Source: Malacoraja senta
Taxonomy: Eukaryota
Direction of reading: 5' to 3'
DNA: 64,000 nucleotides
NCBI GenBank assembly: GCA_038087875.1
Contig: CM076000.1
Coordinates: 62,001-126,000, forward strand
In this document: one piece after another, positions 1 through 13,369 of the stretch
Layout: the number at the start of each line of letters is the position of its first letter
Position numbering within the stretch: the first letter of the stretch is position 1
The notes under the pieces: model-generated
Told to the model about the DNA's origin: nothing
The model's input: only the letters and a program-made list of their open reading frames with translations
Database searches by the model: none
Position numbers and translations under genes: made by a program

Positions 1-391
1 GTGATTTGAGTTGATTTGGAAAATTCCATACCTTCCCAGAGTTTTTTTGAAATGCTGAAACAAAACTGATGTCTTCAGAGGCTATTATTTTTACAGTGTG
101 CATATATTGCTTAAGTCCTCTTGACCGGCAATGTAAACTTCCTTAAATTCACTATTTATTATTTCATCATGGCATCCACATGTCATTGACTTGCAATATC
201 TACCCATTTTCCGCTTTCGCACCTCACTGTATACTCTTCTTCCTCGGCTTGCTACCTTCTTTTCTTCCTCTTCACCCCCTTCCCCCCCATACCTCATATT
301 TTGTCTCATTCTTCTTGCCATATCTTTTTAGACTGCTTTTCCTTAAGTTAAACTTCCATATATTAATCTCTCTTTTATTTTGTTTTTATAG

Positions 392-505
<114 letters not shown>

Positions 506-1891
506 TGAAAATGAAACGATATTTGATTCTGTTGATTAGGATTGTGTCAGAGAATTGGTGTTAAATCTTTCCACTGATGTGGATAGAATTTTATCCAAGC
601 AGTATGACGGTATCTTTTCACCCAACATATTGAATGAAGTGTGGAACTTGACAATTTCATCAGCGGGCTTTTAATGTTAATGTATGTTCTTGCTTTACCT
701 GGGCAGAGGTCTGAAGGAGTTGTATCATGTTTTCACTTTGTTCAAAAATTTCGTGAAGATTAGTAGATTTATTTTGTTGATACTTTGGAGCGTTTGAGGT
801 GGAATTAATTAAGAGGCAAGTGCAGATACAACTGGTTATTAGAGCAAAAGAAAGCATTTCGAAAAATGCATCAAAGCATTTGTAAATTAAAGTATGACAT
901 TGCTCATCTTATCTTTTTGAAAGGATCAGAAGCTTTATTGAGTATTTTCAAACTCATTAATTGTAACAATAACATGCCGCTGCTTTGCCCTAAACCTCAG
1001 GAACGGAGACAACATCGCAAAATTTGGATGTTCTACCTAATGTTTTAGTTTACTGACTATGCTCGGTTGTGCTTTGTGATATTGGAAATTGACTTGTAAT
1101 TCTCAGCTATCCTAAATAAATGACTGCTATGACTACAGGGAAAAATAAATACGATGTTAATCTTTCAAGTCAGTCTATTCTGTAACACTGAGATGCTGCC
1201 TGTTGATCCCAGTAAATTGGCGGAGTTTTCTTTGTGTCACTGTGATATTTGTATAATAAGAAAACAATAAGAAAAGGTACAAGTGTGATTGAGTTAATTC
1301 CTCCTAGCCAAGAAAAATAAATATTTGGTTAGATTTGAAGAGTTGCCTGAATTTGAACTAAACCATTCATGCTCAAAATAGCTCTGCTTATAGGTGCATT
1401 AATCTTAAAATGACAATAAACGTGAGAGCCTTGTTTCTTGCTAATTCTGGGTCTTTGAATAAAATTGATAACTGCATTTGATAAAATACTTTATTAAGCA
1501 GAGAACAGTAATTTGATGTCATATTCTTTGAAGCATAAAGATGTTTATGTCAAATTAATCTGTCTATCTGTCCCTTTTTATTGGGCCTGATTGTGCTGTT
1601 TCTGACCTGTCATTTGAAATTGCTGCCTGTGATTCCTGCACAATGTCCAGACCCTTGGGTCAGGAGGGACATTGCTGTTGATAGTTAGGTTTCTGACATT
1701 GTTGTCCAGATATTCTACACTTGACACAGGTTAAAACACAGGGTGAAGCTTCGAATCCTGATTTGTGCCTTTGGAAAATTATAAAAGTTAAAGTAATTAT
1801 ATGGCACTACCTGTCCCTTAGTTGGTTCAGATTTTGCAAATGAACAGCAAATGCAATTTAAGCTATTGTTTTCTCAAACGTGTTCCTCTAA

Positions 1892-2002
<111 letters not shown>

Positions 2003-2872
2003 TGATCACAAATTAAAATGCTGCACCTGATAGGAATTGGAAATAATGCAAAGGTTCTGCAATAGCTGTTATCAGACTGGTCATTACGATGGATTTTTTA
2101 ACTTCTGTCAAATGATTAAAAATTGATGCATTAATTTGTAATTGTAAATAGTTGACAAGTCTAACTTAAATATCTGAAAATTAATTGGATAATGTTGGCA
2201 GAATTGGATGATGGCCATCCACATCTTTCTCCTTCTGCAACCTTTTGCAGTAAAGTTAATATTTTTAATAAGTAACGTTTTACCAACATCTCGTGTATTA
2301 CACGTGGTTGATCTATGTGTTCTTGAAATAATGTACGTTTAATTAATGCCAAGACCTAATTTATGTGCGGTAATTTTGAAATGAAGCACTCAAAGTTATG
2401 CATGTTTAACTATTTAAATTTCTATGTTTAATTTGTGCGTGTTTGAATTATGCGCTGCTTTTCAGGGATGTAACCCCCGCATAAAACGTGAGGTGCCTGT
2501 TCTCCATTTTAGTACAGATAGCTGGCCTTGTGCATTCATTATTTATTGAAAAGGACAGTTCACTTGTTTCTTCTTCATAATCCACATGTTTATAAAATGA
2601 AGCAAAGCCAATGGAGTTCAAAGATAAAGCACTTCAATTTTCAGCATAGAATAGCTGGTTGTATCGTTTTTGGTAAATAGACATATTATCATGTAGTTAA
2701 TATTTAAGTTGTATCAATATCAGGAATAGATAGTGAAGACTCGATTGGCGAGTTTGCTCTTTTTTCAAATTTAAATGCAACGCCTCACGGTATTTCCTGT
2801 TTGGTATAGTATTTTGGGGCCAATTGTCTTCAGCTGCTTTATCTGTTTCCTTCCATCATTTCTGTAAGTTAA

Positions 2873-3235
<363 letters not shown>

Positions 3236-3731
3236 TAATTAATGGCTTAAAATAATGTTTTTACAACAATGCTTCATTGTTTCTTATTTTTTTATTTCTG
3301 CAAAAATTGGAAATATTATTTCAAAATCTTTGTTTCAAAGTTCATTGCTTATGCAGTTATTGGTTCATTGGTTTAAAGTTCATTGGTTTAAACTATGTAG
3401 CATATTTGTTGAACAGTCGTCTTCCTCATCTTAAACAGATGAGAAACACGGTGGCTTAGTATTTATAGCTACTTTTGACAGGGATTTGGCCTATCTGCAT
3501 AATTTCCTACTCTTGCGCAAAGTAGGAAATAAAAAGATGTGGGACACTTGGGGAAAAAATTGATCTCTTTGTTGAAGTGAAACATTCTTAACTCATTCTA
3601 TGCAGAATGTTAAAGCTGTACAATTCCCACCCCCCGATCTTTCCATCCCAATCATGGAGAGATTTAAATGCATCAGATTTGGATAATTACCTTGATAATT
3701 TTCAACTAGGGTGTACAAAAAGTAAGATTAA

Positions 3732-4257
3732 AGGCTCTGTCCCACGGGTTTGCGGTCGTTGGCGGTGAAGCGCGGCGGCGCCGGAAGAGGGGACCGCACG
3801 GCAACCACGAGAGCGGCGCACGGATGCTGCGCGGGGGGCCAAGTACGGCCGGTTTCACGAGCTTGCGGTTTCAGCTGATGACGTCTTTCGGATCGCGGGG
3901 CTGTGGCGGCGGCCGTGCCGCACACGTACCTCACTGGCGGTGGCTGTGGCTGTGGCGGCAGCCGTGCCGCTCACTGGCGGAGGCTGTGGCGGTGCAGGTT
4001 CGACTCACGGCGCTCGTGCCGCACTGGCGGCGGCTGTGGCGGTGACCGTGCTGCACTCGTGCCTCACTGGTGGCAGCTGTGCGGTAGGAACATATTTTTG
4101 GACAGTGTTGGGGGTTTTTTAGCACCGTGCGGTGTTGGGAACAACGCCGCACAGCCCCGGCACTGCGTTTGACCGAGCCCGCGGTCTCTGGCGGCCCAGG
4201 AGCGGTAGATAGTTCCTGTTTCGCCGCCAATGACCGCAGACTCGTGAGACAGGCCTT
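3732..4257. mobile_element. non-autonomous DNA transposon (PIF/Harbinger-like MITE), GC-rich
   Basis: taa|aggctctgtcccac ... gtgagacaggcctt|taa (TAA TSD); internal ggcggctgtggcgg-type repeats. Confidence 0.7.
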
Positions 4258-4380
4258 TAAGTTGTTCAACATCTACTTGTGCTGAAGAACATGGTTTGTT
4301 GCAGTGTTGAATAGTTTTACTACTTTTGATAATGGTGATTTGAAGAAAGTTGGTGGGTTGTGTAATTTCCATGCTTTTGG

Positions 4381-5860
4381 ACTATAGCCAATAGGTGCAG
4401 GAGTAGGCCATTCGGCCCCTTGAGCCAGCACCGCCATCCACTGTGATCATGGCTGATCATCCACAACCAGTACCCCGTTCCTGCCTTCTCCCCATATCCC
4501 TTGACTCCGCTATCTTTAAGAGCTCTATCCAATTCCCTCTTGAAAGCATCCAGAGAAATGGCCTCCACTGCCTTCCAAGGCAGAGAATTCCACAGATTCA
4601 TAACTCTCTGGGTGAAAACGTTTTCCCTCATCGCCGTTCTAAATGGCCTACCCCTTATTTTTAAACTGTGGCCCCTGGTTCTGGATTCCCCCAACATCGG
4701 GAACATGTTCCTGTCTCCAGTGTGTCCAACCCCTTAATATACTTATGTTTCAATAAGACACCCTCTCATCCTTCTAAATTCCAGTGTATCTAAAGTCCAG
4801 TCGCTCCATTCATTCAACATATGACAGTCCCGCCATTCTGGGAATTAACCTCGTGAACCTACGCTGCACTCCCTTAATGGCAAGAATGTCCTTCCTCAAA
4901 TTTGGAGACCAAAACTGCACACAATACTCCAGGTGTGGTTTCACTAGGGCCATGTCCAACTGCAGAAGGACCTCTGCTCCTATACTCAACTCATCTTGTT
5001 GTGAAGGCCAACATGCCATGAGCTTTCATCACTGCCTGCTGTCCCTGCATGCTTACGTTCAGTGACTGATGAACAAGGACACCCAGATCTCGTTGTACTT
5101 CCCCTTTTCCTAATTTGACACCATTCAGATAATAATCTGCCTTCCTGTTCTTGCCACCAAAGTGGATAACCTCACATTTATCCCCATTAAACTGCATCTG
5201 CCATGCATCTCCCCACTCACCCAACCTGTCCAAGTCACCCTGCATCCTCATAGCATCTTCTTCACTGTTCACACTGCCATCCAGCTTTGTGTCATCTGCA
5301 AATTTGCTATTGTTACTTTTATTCCTTTATCTAAATCATTTTAACTCTACTCTTTGTTTCCTGTCTGCCAACCAATTTTCTATCCATGTCATTACCCTAC
5401 CCCCAATACCATGAGCTCTAATTTTACCCACTAATCTCCTATGTGGGAACTTATCAAAGGCTTTCTGAAAGTCCTGGGACTACATCCACTGGCTCCCCCT
5501 TGTCCATTCCTCAGTTACATCCTCAAAACATTTCAGAAGATTAGTCAAGTATGATGTCCCCTTCGTAAATCCATGCTGACTCGGACCGATCCTGTTACTG
5601 CTATCCAAATGTGCCACAATTTCATCTTTTATAATTGACTCCTGCATCTTCCCCACCACCCATGTCAGGCTAACTGATCTATAATTTCCTGTTTTCTCTC
5701 TCCCTCCTTTCTTAAAAAGTGGGATAACATTAGCTACCCTCCAATCCACATGAACTGATCCTGAATCTATAGAACATTGGAAAATTATCACCAATGCGTC
5801 CACAACTTCTAGACCCACTTCCTTAAGTACCCTGGGATGCAGACCATCAGGCCCTGGGGA
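4381..5860 (-). mobile_element. 5'-truncated, degenerate CR1 LINE
   Basis: RT fragments in ORFs 5480..5875, 4991..5272, 4810..5019 and 4320..4706 (KSPGPDGLHPRVLKE, PHLEYCVQFWSP, FTQRVMNLWNSLP); CR1 3' UTR at the left end. Confidence 0.92.
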
Positions 5861-5958
5861 TTTTTTGCACTGCATGTTTTATTTTGGTTGAATAAATAAA
5901 TCCCTGGTATTTCTATTTGTATAACTAAACCTGTACTCCCCATACCTTGTCTATGCAG

Positions 5959-6110
5959 CTATGAAGCTGATGACAGCACTAGTAAATGTGGCATTAAATT
6001 TAAGTATCAACATGGACAACACCCAGCGGCAATATGAAACTGAAAGAAATAAAATTATTGGCAAAAGAGCTAATGACAGGTTGGAGCTCCTATTACAGAA
6101 GAGGAAAGAG
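5959..6110 (+). CDS. STAG2: STAG2 exon
   Basis: [55 protein letters not shown] bounded. Confidence 0.95.
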
Positions 6111-8986
6111 GTTGGTCAAATATTTATATCTTGACACAAATGTATGATATGAGGTACTTGAGTGTTTTTCTTCCATTAAGAAACACGACTGTATTTACTG
6201 GGATTTATTTCTTTTCTTTTTTCTATTTTTAGAAGGATTTTTTTGTGGTGTTTAGAAAGTTTTGGATATAGTGGTACAATTGTGCAGACCCTGACTAACA
6301 ATCTGTAACTGAGGAAGACTAATTTTGTGGATAACCTAGAACATATAGTGTCATGAGTCATGAAGACAATAAGGATCCTATTTTGTCAAAAGTTCATCTG
6401 CTTATCTAATGTCATTGAGGGTTAGTAATCTGCTGTCTTTAACCAGTCTAATCCACATTCCCCAGATTTGTTAACGTAAATTCCCTGTTGAAGTGGTCTC
6501 GTAAACAACTCTCTTTTGCCATTGGTGCTACTTTGGAATAGACTAAGAATGAAACTGGATGGTCCACATGGCTGATCTCAGCATTAAATTAGGGCATTGC
6601 GTAACCTTCCCCTCAAGGACCTGGGGAGTAATGTTAGACTGGAGGAACTATCTCATGGACTTGTCCAGCAACATCTTGAATTAGTTTTTAGAAAATTCTA
6701 TCTTACAACGTAGCTTTCTATTTCATCACAATGTGTCGGACTGCATTACTCCATTGGCCAAACAGACCCACCAGTCAGCATCGTTGCAATGTACGGGCCC
6801 TCAAATGTCCTCAACATTAACTGAATGAATGAATGAACGAATGAATGAACGAATAAGTTTATTGGCCAAGTATTCACATACAAGGAATTTGCCTTGGTGC
6901 TCCGCCCGCAAGTGACAACGACATACAGTGACAGTTAGGAATGACACATAACACATTAAACATTAATAATAAAACATTATTGATTAATGCAGGCCTCATT
7001 AAAGACCTCAAGTAACATTAGCTCAAATTGGAAACATATTCTGATAGCCACCTGTTCTTTTCCTGGGCAGATGAATCAGTGGTGCTCCTCATTGAACAAA
7101 CACTGGGAAAAAGCACAAAGCCACAAAGGTTGGCATTTCACTATGCATGGGGGTTTCATTGTCCATCATCAAAACTGTCTTAGTCATGTCGATAATAGCC
7201 CCAAGGACATATTGCTAAATTGGATCTGTGGCAAGCAATAAGTAAAGGGATAAATCTACCTGATATCATCTTCATCGATTCACCACTGGCAGAAGTGTTT
7301 CGTTTAGAGATAACTCTACCGCTGCGCCACTCAGTCGCATCAGTAAAATGACAGCTGCACAGTCCAAGTGTAATCAGTCCTAGCTTCACACTGTAGCACC
7401 CTCCATGTTAAATGGATCATGTGCAGCAGTTCAAAATTAGGCAAACAGTAGGTGTTCTGGACAAGCATCAGCCATGTACAACATCATGGTCTGTAATCTT
7501 ATGGTCTTTCATCAATATATAATTATTTTGAAGGCGGGGGCTCAACTATAGCATAGTAAGGCATGCAAAATCGCAGCGTTTACATATAACAAATGGCTAA
7601 TAACGTTGCATCTGATTTCTTTGGAGTTTTGAAGAAAGATGTGTGGTCCTAATAAAACATACAAGATCCAAAAGGGGTATGACTAAGTTGGTGTTGAGAT
7701 GTTGCCACAAATGGGAGAGTCTTGAGTGAGGGGTAATTGTAAGAGTTGTTATAAATATGAATTTGTTGTTTGTTTTAAATGCACAACAAGTTCCATCCTT
7801 TCCTTGGTTTTGATGTTCCTTTTGCATAAGGCTAATGCAGTAAATTCCTATATCATGCCTGAAAATCTGCTATTTTATGCTGGTGATAGCAGAAACGAAT
7901 AGATAGGATAGCTAATGAGATGCCTATCAAGTGGATTGTTTGGATAGTTTTTGAATATGAATTAATAAGTATTATTTGCATTAGGCAAGTGAAGAGTATT
8001 CTATTGCCCATTTGATGCAAAAATACCAATAGGCATTTTTTTTTTTTTAATCTGGGCTTTTAAAATTATAAATCAACACTATCCATCAGTAAAATGAGCA
8101 AGTTGTCATGGATCTGTGAAAAAAAAGTACTTAAATTTGAGTTACTCAATAGATGGCAAAATGGGTTGATTTCAATAATTGGTTACATATTGTAATGGTC
8201 CCATTTCCCACTGGATTAATCTCATTGCTTTTTAATCTCTATATAACCAAAAGTCTTCATCTAGTTTGTGCCCACGATGTGTCTGTGTCAATCTGGCTAA
8301 TTCCTATCTTCTTCCAAATGCTAGGCCACAGCCTTCCATTTTCACACATCCAACTCACATTTTTCCCGTGGTGGCGATAAACATTTTCCTGTAGCATTTC
8401 CACATATATTTCCGAAGTTATTAATCATTGAAATTTTAAAAGCAGCCCGATTTCTTCAAACTCACCCATTTCGGAAAAATAAATCCGAGTGACGTCACAA
8501 TGCACTCGCAAGGCAGGGCGGCCCACTCCGGGAGGGAGGGGCACTCAAGCACTTCAACCGCCTCACCCCCACTTCCCCCTACTCCCCACAACCCCCACCT
8601 CCCCATCCCCCACCTCCCCCTTCCCCTCACCCCCACCCTCCATTGCACCAATCACAATGGGCTCTCAAGCTGCTGAGTGCCACACCCCCCCCCCTCCCCC
8701 CAGGGTTATTCATGATTAAAGTTTCAATAAAAGCAAAATAGGTTACATTGGGGAACGGGTGAGTGCTGGAATATTGCGTTGGGGGAGTTACTTTTAAATG
8801 TGAGTTCCGATTATTTAAAAGATGATGTAAAGAGACTCATTCATGGTAAATTCTGTTTTTGCTTTAGTTTGAGTGGGAATTTGATAGAAATAACATTTCA
8901 TAACAAATCATTGTTTAGGTGTGGTTTATTCCTGTACAACTGTTTGCATCCCAACCAGAACTTTTCCCTCTGATTGGGAAAATTAG

Positions 8987-9109
<123 letters not shown>

Positions 9110-9151
9110 TAAGAAACATATTTTTTTGTATTTCAATTTAATGTTTTGTAG

Positions 9152-9370
<219 letters not shown>

Positions 9371-9469
9371 TAGGTGTTTAGTACAGATAATATGCAGCAA
9401 ATGCAGAAATTTGAATTCCCCACCCCCCAATCCCACCTTTTATGCTAAGATATGTATTTTATTTTTCAG

Positions 9470-9568
9470 CAAGGTGAAGTACGGCTCAAATGTTTAATAG
9501 CTTTGCAAGGTCTCTATTACAACAGAGAGCTCGTTCCTAAACTTGAACTTTTCACAAGTCGTTTCAAG
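9470..9568 (+). CDS. STAG2: STAG2 exon
   Basis: [33 protein letters not shown]. Confidence 0.95.
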
Positions 9569-10060
9569 GTTAGTTCATCTTAATTTCTATTAAGTCATTT
9601 GTACTGGTGAAATTTACACCTGTACACTTTGCTTGTCCATAAAATTTGCATTTATTCCCCCACATTTGATCGTAGTTTATCATGATAACCATGTGTGTTA
9701 GTTTCATCCATTAATTCTACCATGGTGCATTATTTGTCTGTTATCTCCTATCTCATGCCTCGGTTATACATTCCCCCGCACGTTTTCCATCAAAGAATAC
9801 TATGAAAGCAAGCATAGTTGTTAATGGCATTCTGAATATGTGCAGAATTTGCACATATGGTATTGCTAATCAAAATGCTCCACGCCCACATTACTCGCCC
9901 AACAATACTGCCATTTAACCTGCAACCTGGATTAGTGCAACTCCACAATTCTTGGAAAGCTCAGTACCCAATCAGGAAAAGCAACCCATTTGATTAGCAC
10001 CCCATTTATCCCAATCATGCATTCACTCCTTCACTGGTGCACAGTGGCTGCAGTGTGTAA

Positions 10061-11954
10061 AGGGCCTGTCCCACTTGCGCGCCATTTGCACGTCATTTAC
10101 GCAACAGCCTAAAAATAGGTTGGCGCGTGGTGACGTATGCAGTAACGCGCGGTGCTTCCCTGACGCCCCAGGATTTTGGAATGTTCAAAATCCAGGGGCG
10201 ACATTTGGGTGTCATCATGTCGTGCGCCCTGTCACACACTGACGTATGCTGTCCTGTGGGTGATGCCTGGTTAGGGTTGGGGTTAGGGACCTTCAATGCA
10301 TGGATTTTAAACATTAATATATTAAAATTAATACAATAAAATCAATTGTGCAAATGAAAAGATGTCTGAGTCATTCAGTTTTATTTATAGATGTATTGGT
10401 CCGTTTCCAGATCCGATCACCGTCTCCTTTCACAGGGATGGATTCAGTGAGTGTAGACTGAACTCCCCTCTCCCCTCTTCCCCGCCCCCATCCCTCCTTC
10501 TCCCCTCTCCCTCCCTACTTCCCTTCCCCCCTTCCTCCTTTCTCCCTGCTCCACTCTTCTCCCCCTTATCCACTACCCCCCTCCCCTCACATCCCCTTCG
10601 CCCCCTCTCCCTCCCATTCTCCACCCACCACACCCTTCCCCGACGCCCCCCCATTTGTGGATATACAAACCTGTTCGCCTTTGGAGTGCGGGAGGAAACC
10701 CAAACCCTAACCCTAGCTTCTGCCTGCTCCTCATGGGAACTAAACTGTTGGCCACGAGTTGTTAGTGGGATCTAGTTGTCATAGAAACATAGAAAATAGG
10801 TGCAGGAGTAGGCCATTCGGCCCTTCGAGCCTGCACCGCCATTCAATATGAAGCCTGTGACAGCTAGATCCCACTAATAGTACTGCACAAAGGCCACATC
10901 ATCTGTTTTAGTAACATTGACTATGGGATAAATGCAGACTTTGGGACAACATCCCCCACCCCCCTCCGCCCCCTTGCCTTGGTTCAAAATGGATGGTGGG
11001 TATTTAGACTCAGTGGCCGGAGCAGGTGGGTGGCACTGGTATATTGACAACATTGCCTGTACCCAGTTGAAAAGCCTGCTACCTCTGGAGGTTTGGAGTG
11101 ACCATTGGAGGAGAGATCTGCCTCTGGGACAACTCGTGGCCAACAGTTTAGTTCCCATGAGGAGCAGGCAGAACATTGGGGGTTCGGGTCCAACCCCTGT
11201 GGGCTCCTGTGTCACATTTAGTTCAGAGATACAGTGCCCTTCGGCCCACCAAGTCCACACCGACCAGCGATCCCCCCGCACACTATCCCACACACGCTAG
11301 GGACAATTTATACTTATACCAAGCCTATCAACCGAGAGTTAGGGTTAGGGTTAGGGCTAGGGCTGGGGTTCGGGTTCGGGTTTCCTCCAGCACTCCAAAG
11401 GCGAACAGGTTTGTATAAATTGTCCCTAGCGTGTGTGGGATAGTGTGCGGGGGATCGCTGGTCGCAGGCTGGGTCCACATATGGGGAGGCCGTCGGGGAA
11501 GGTTGGGTGGGGGGGGGTGGAGAATGGGAGGGAGAGGGGGAGAAGGGGATGTGAGGGGAGGGGGTAGTGGATAAGGGGGAGAAGAGTGGAGCGGGGAGAA
11601 GGAATGAAGAGGGGGGAAGGGAAGAAGGGTAGGGGGGAGTGGAGAAGGAGGGATGGGGGGGAGGGGGGAAGAGGGGAGAGGGGAGTTCAGTCTACACTCA
11701 CTGAATCCATCCCTTGTGATCGGATATGGAAGCGGACCAATACATCTATAAATAAAACGGAAAGACTCGGACATATTTTCATTTGCACAATTGATTTTTT
11801 GTATTAAATTTAATATATTAATGTTTAAAATCCATGCATTGAAGGAAGAATATTTTACAGCCTCACCCGTATGTCGTGCAACTTGACGGTTTTACGGGCG
11901 TCAGTCACTGATGCTCCGCAGTCGCCAAAATGTCGCCCAGGTGCGACAGGCCCT
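10061..11954. mobile_element. composite PIF/Harbinger-like non-autonomous element with a large internal inverted repeat
   Basis: taa|agggcctgtc ... gacaggccct|taa; inverted arms at about 10290-10720 and 11335-11845. Confidence 0.72.
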
Positions 11955-12559
11955 TAAGATGGACAAAATGCCCAGCAGTACCTTGCCTTGGGCTTTTCCA
12001 ACAGCCTGTGCCAAATCTGTGACCTCTGATGCCAAAAGGCTAACAGCAGCAAGTGCCTGTAACACTAGTTTTCCTTTGTCATACGCTAACTTGATTTGGA
12101 TATATATTGACACTCATTCATTATAACTGGATCTAAATTCTGCTGCAATTCCTTACTCAATAATATGGTGTGAGTGTCTGCTCCATAAAGAAGTGATTCA
12201 TCACCAACTTCTTAAACAATTGAGAATGTGTAGTAAATGCTATCCTTGCCAGCAATGCTCACATATTGAAAAAATAATCAATACAAATTATTCTAAATAT
12301 AATTGGATTCTGGCATATCTTCGGTTTGTACTCCATAATAAACGACTGATAAAACGGCATTGATTCAAACTTAGACTTTGTCGATTAAAAACACATGCAA
12401 TATCGGCCTAAATAACTGCTGTGAAACATTTTCCAGTAGAATCCGGTTGTTCACAACATCAAATTGCAGCACATAAATGGGTATGCCTATTGGTCATATT
12501 CAGCATTTCAGTTCTACTGAAGTAAAGCCTCTTTTTAACGATTCTGGTGATAGCGGATG

Positions 12560-13060
12560 GACCTGCTGATGCTACCCCGTATCACACAGCCCACCCAGCC
12601 CTGGCTTCTGACGCCATCCCTGGGCCTCAAAGTGCACCAGCGAGCCCTTCTTCACCCACCGGCCGGTCCGCTGACACGGATGCTGTTGCGGCTCATGTTG
12701 TAGCCCCTGGGCACGGCGCTTTATTGAGGCCGCCGACACCGGCTGGACGTGCTTGGTCACTGGGGCTCCCTCCCTTCTCACCAGCGAAGGCCTTTTTTCC
12801 TATCAGCCATCACTTTTTCCACTTAGCTATGTCTACCCCCCGTCACCCCTGCGCTCCACCGCATCCTCCTCCCCCGGAGTTGCCAACATACTCCACCTTG
12901 GAAGCAGCAGCAGGTGAGAAGGGAGGGAGCCACAAGGTGACCGAGCACGTCTTTTCGTTGGCAGAAAGTGCTGGCGCCAAGGGCTGCAACGTGAGCTGAA
13001 CAACAGCCACGGCAGCTGGTGAAGAAGGGCTCGCTGGTGCAGACCAGCAGCATCGGCACT
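12560..13060. repeat. GC-rich imperfect foldback (hairpin) element
   Basis: 12633-12656 is the exact reverse complement of 13018-13041; further paired blocks at about 12683-12713/12968-13004 and 12746-12783/12911-12950. Confidence 0.75.
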
Positions 13061-13289
13061 TAGTTTTAAGGTGACTTGACACAAAGTGCTGGACTAATTC
13101 AGCAGTCTGAAGAAGGGTCCCGATGGCACCTATCCATGTTCACCAGTGAAGCTGCCTGATCCGCTGAGTTGCTCCAGCACTTTGAGTTATTTTGTGTTTT
13201 AACCATAATCTGTAGTTCTTTCAGCTACATATAATGATAATTCCTTACTTATTCCGTTTGCTGCATTATAAACTGCAATTTCTTTTTAG

Positions 13290-13369
13290 GATAGAATTGT
13301 TTCCATGACTCTGGATAAAGAATATGAAGTTGCTGTTCAAGCAATAAAACTACTCACTCTTGTTCTGCA
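13290..13369 (+). CDS. STAG2: STAG2 exon
   Basis: DRIVSMTLDKEYEVAVQAIKLLTLVLQ; gtaag donor. Confidence 0.95.

Noticed and set aside
3728..4272. Stack of GC-rich ORFs on both strands
   Set aside because: Low-complexity repeats inside a MITE; no recognisable protein.
8400..8830. Possible DNA-transposon fragment with tgacgtca and C-rich tracts
   Set aside because: Could not define termini or a TSD; too weak to call.
11339..11380. TTAGGG run as a true telomere or fusion scar
   Set aside because: Only about three perfect units, located inside an intronic transposon.
12547..12999. 150-aa Pro/Ala-rich ORF
   Set aside because: Explained by the GC-rich foldback; no recognisable domain.
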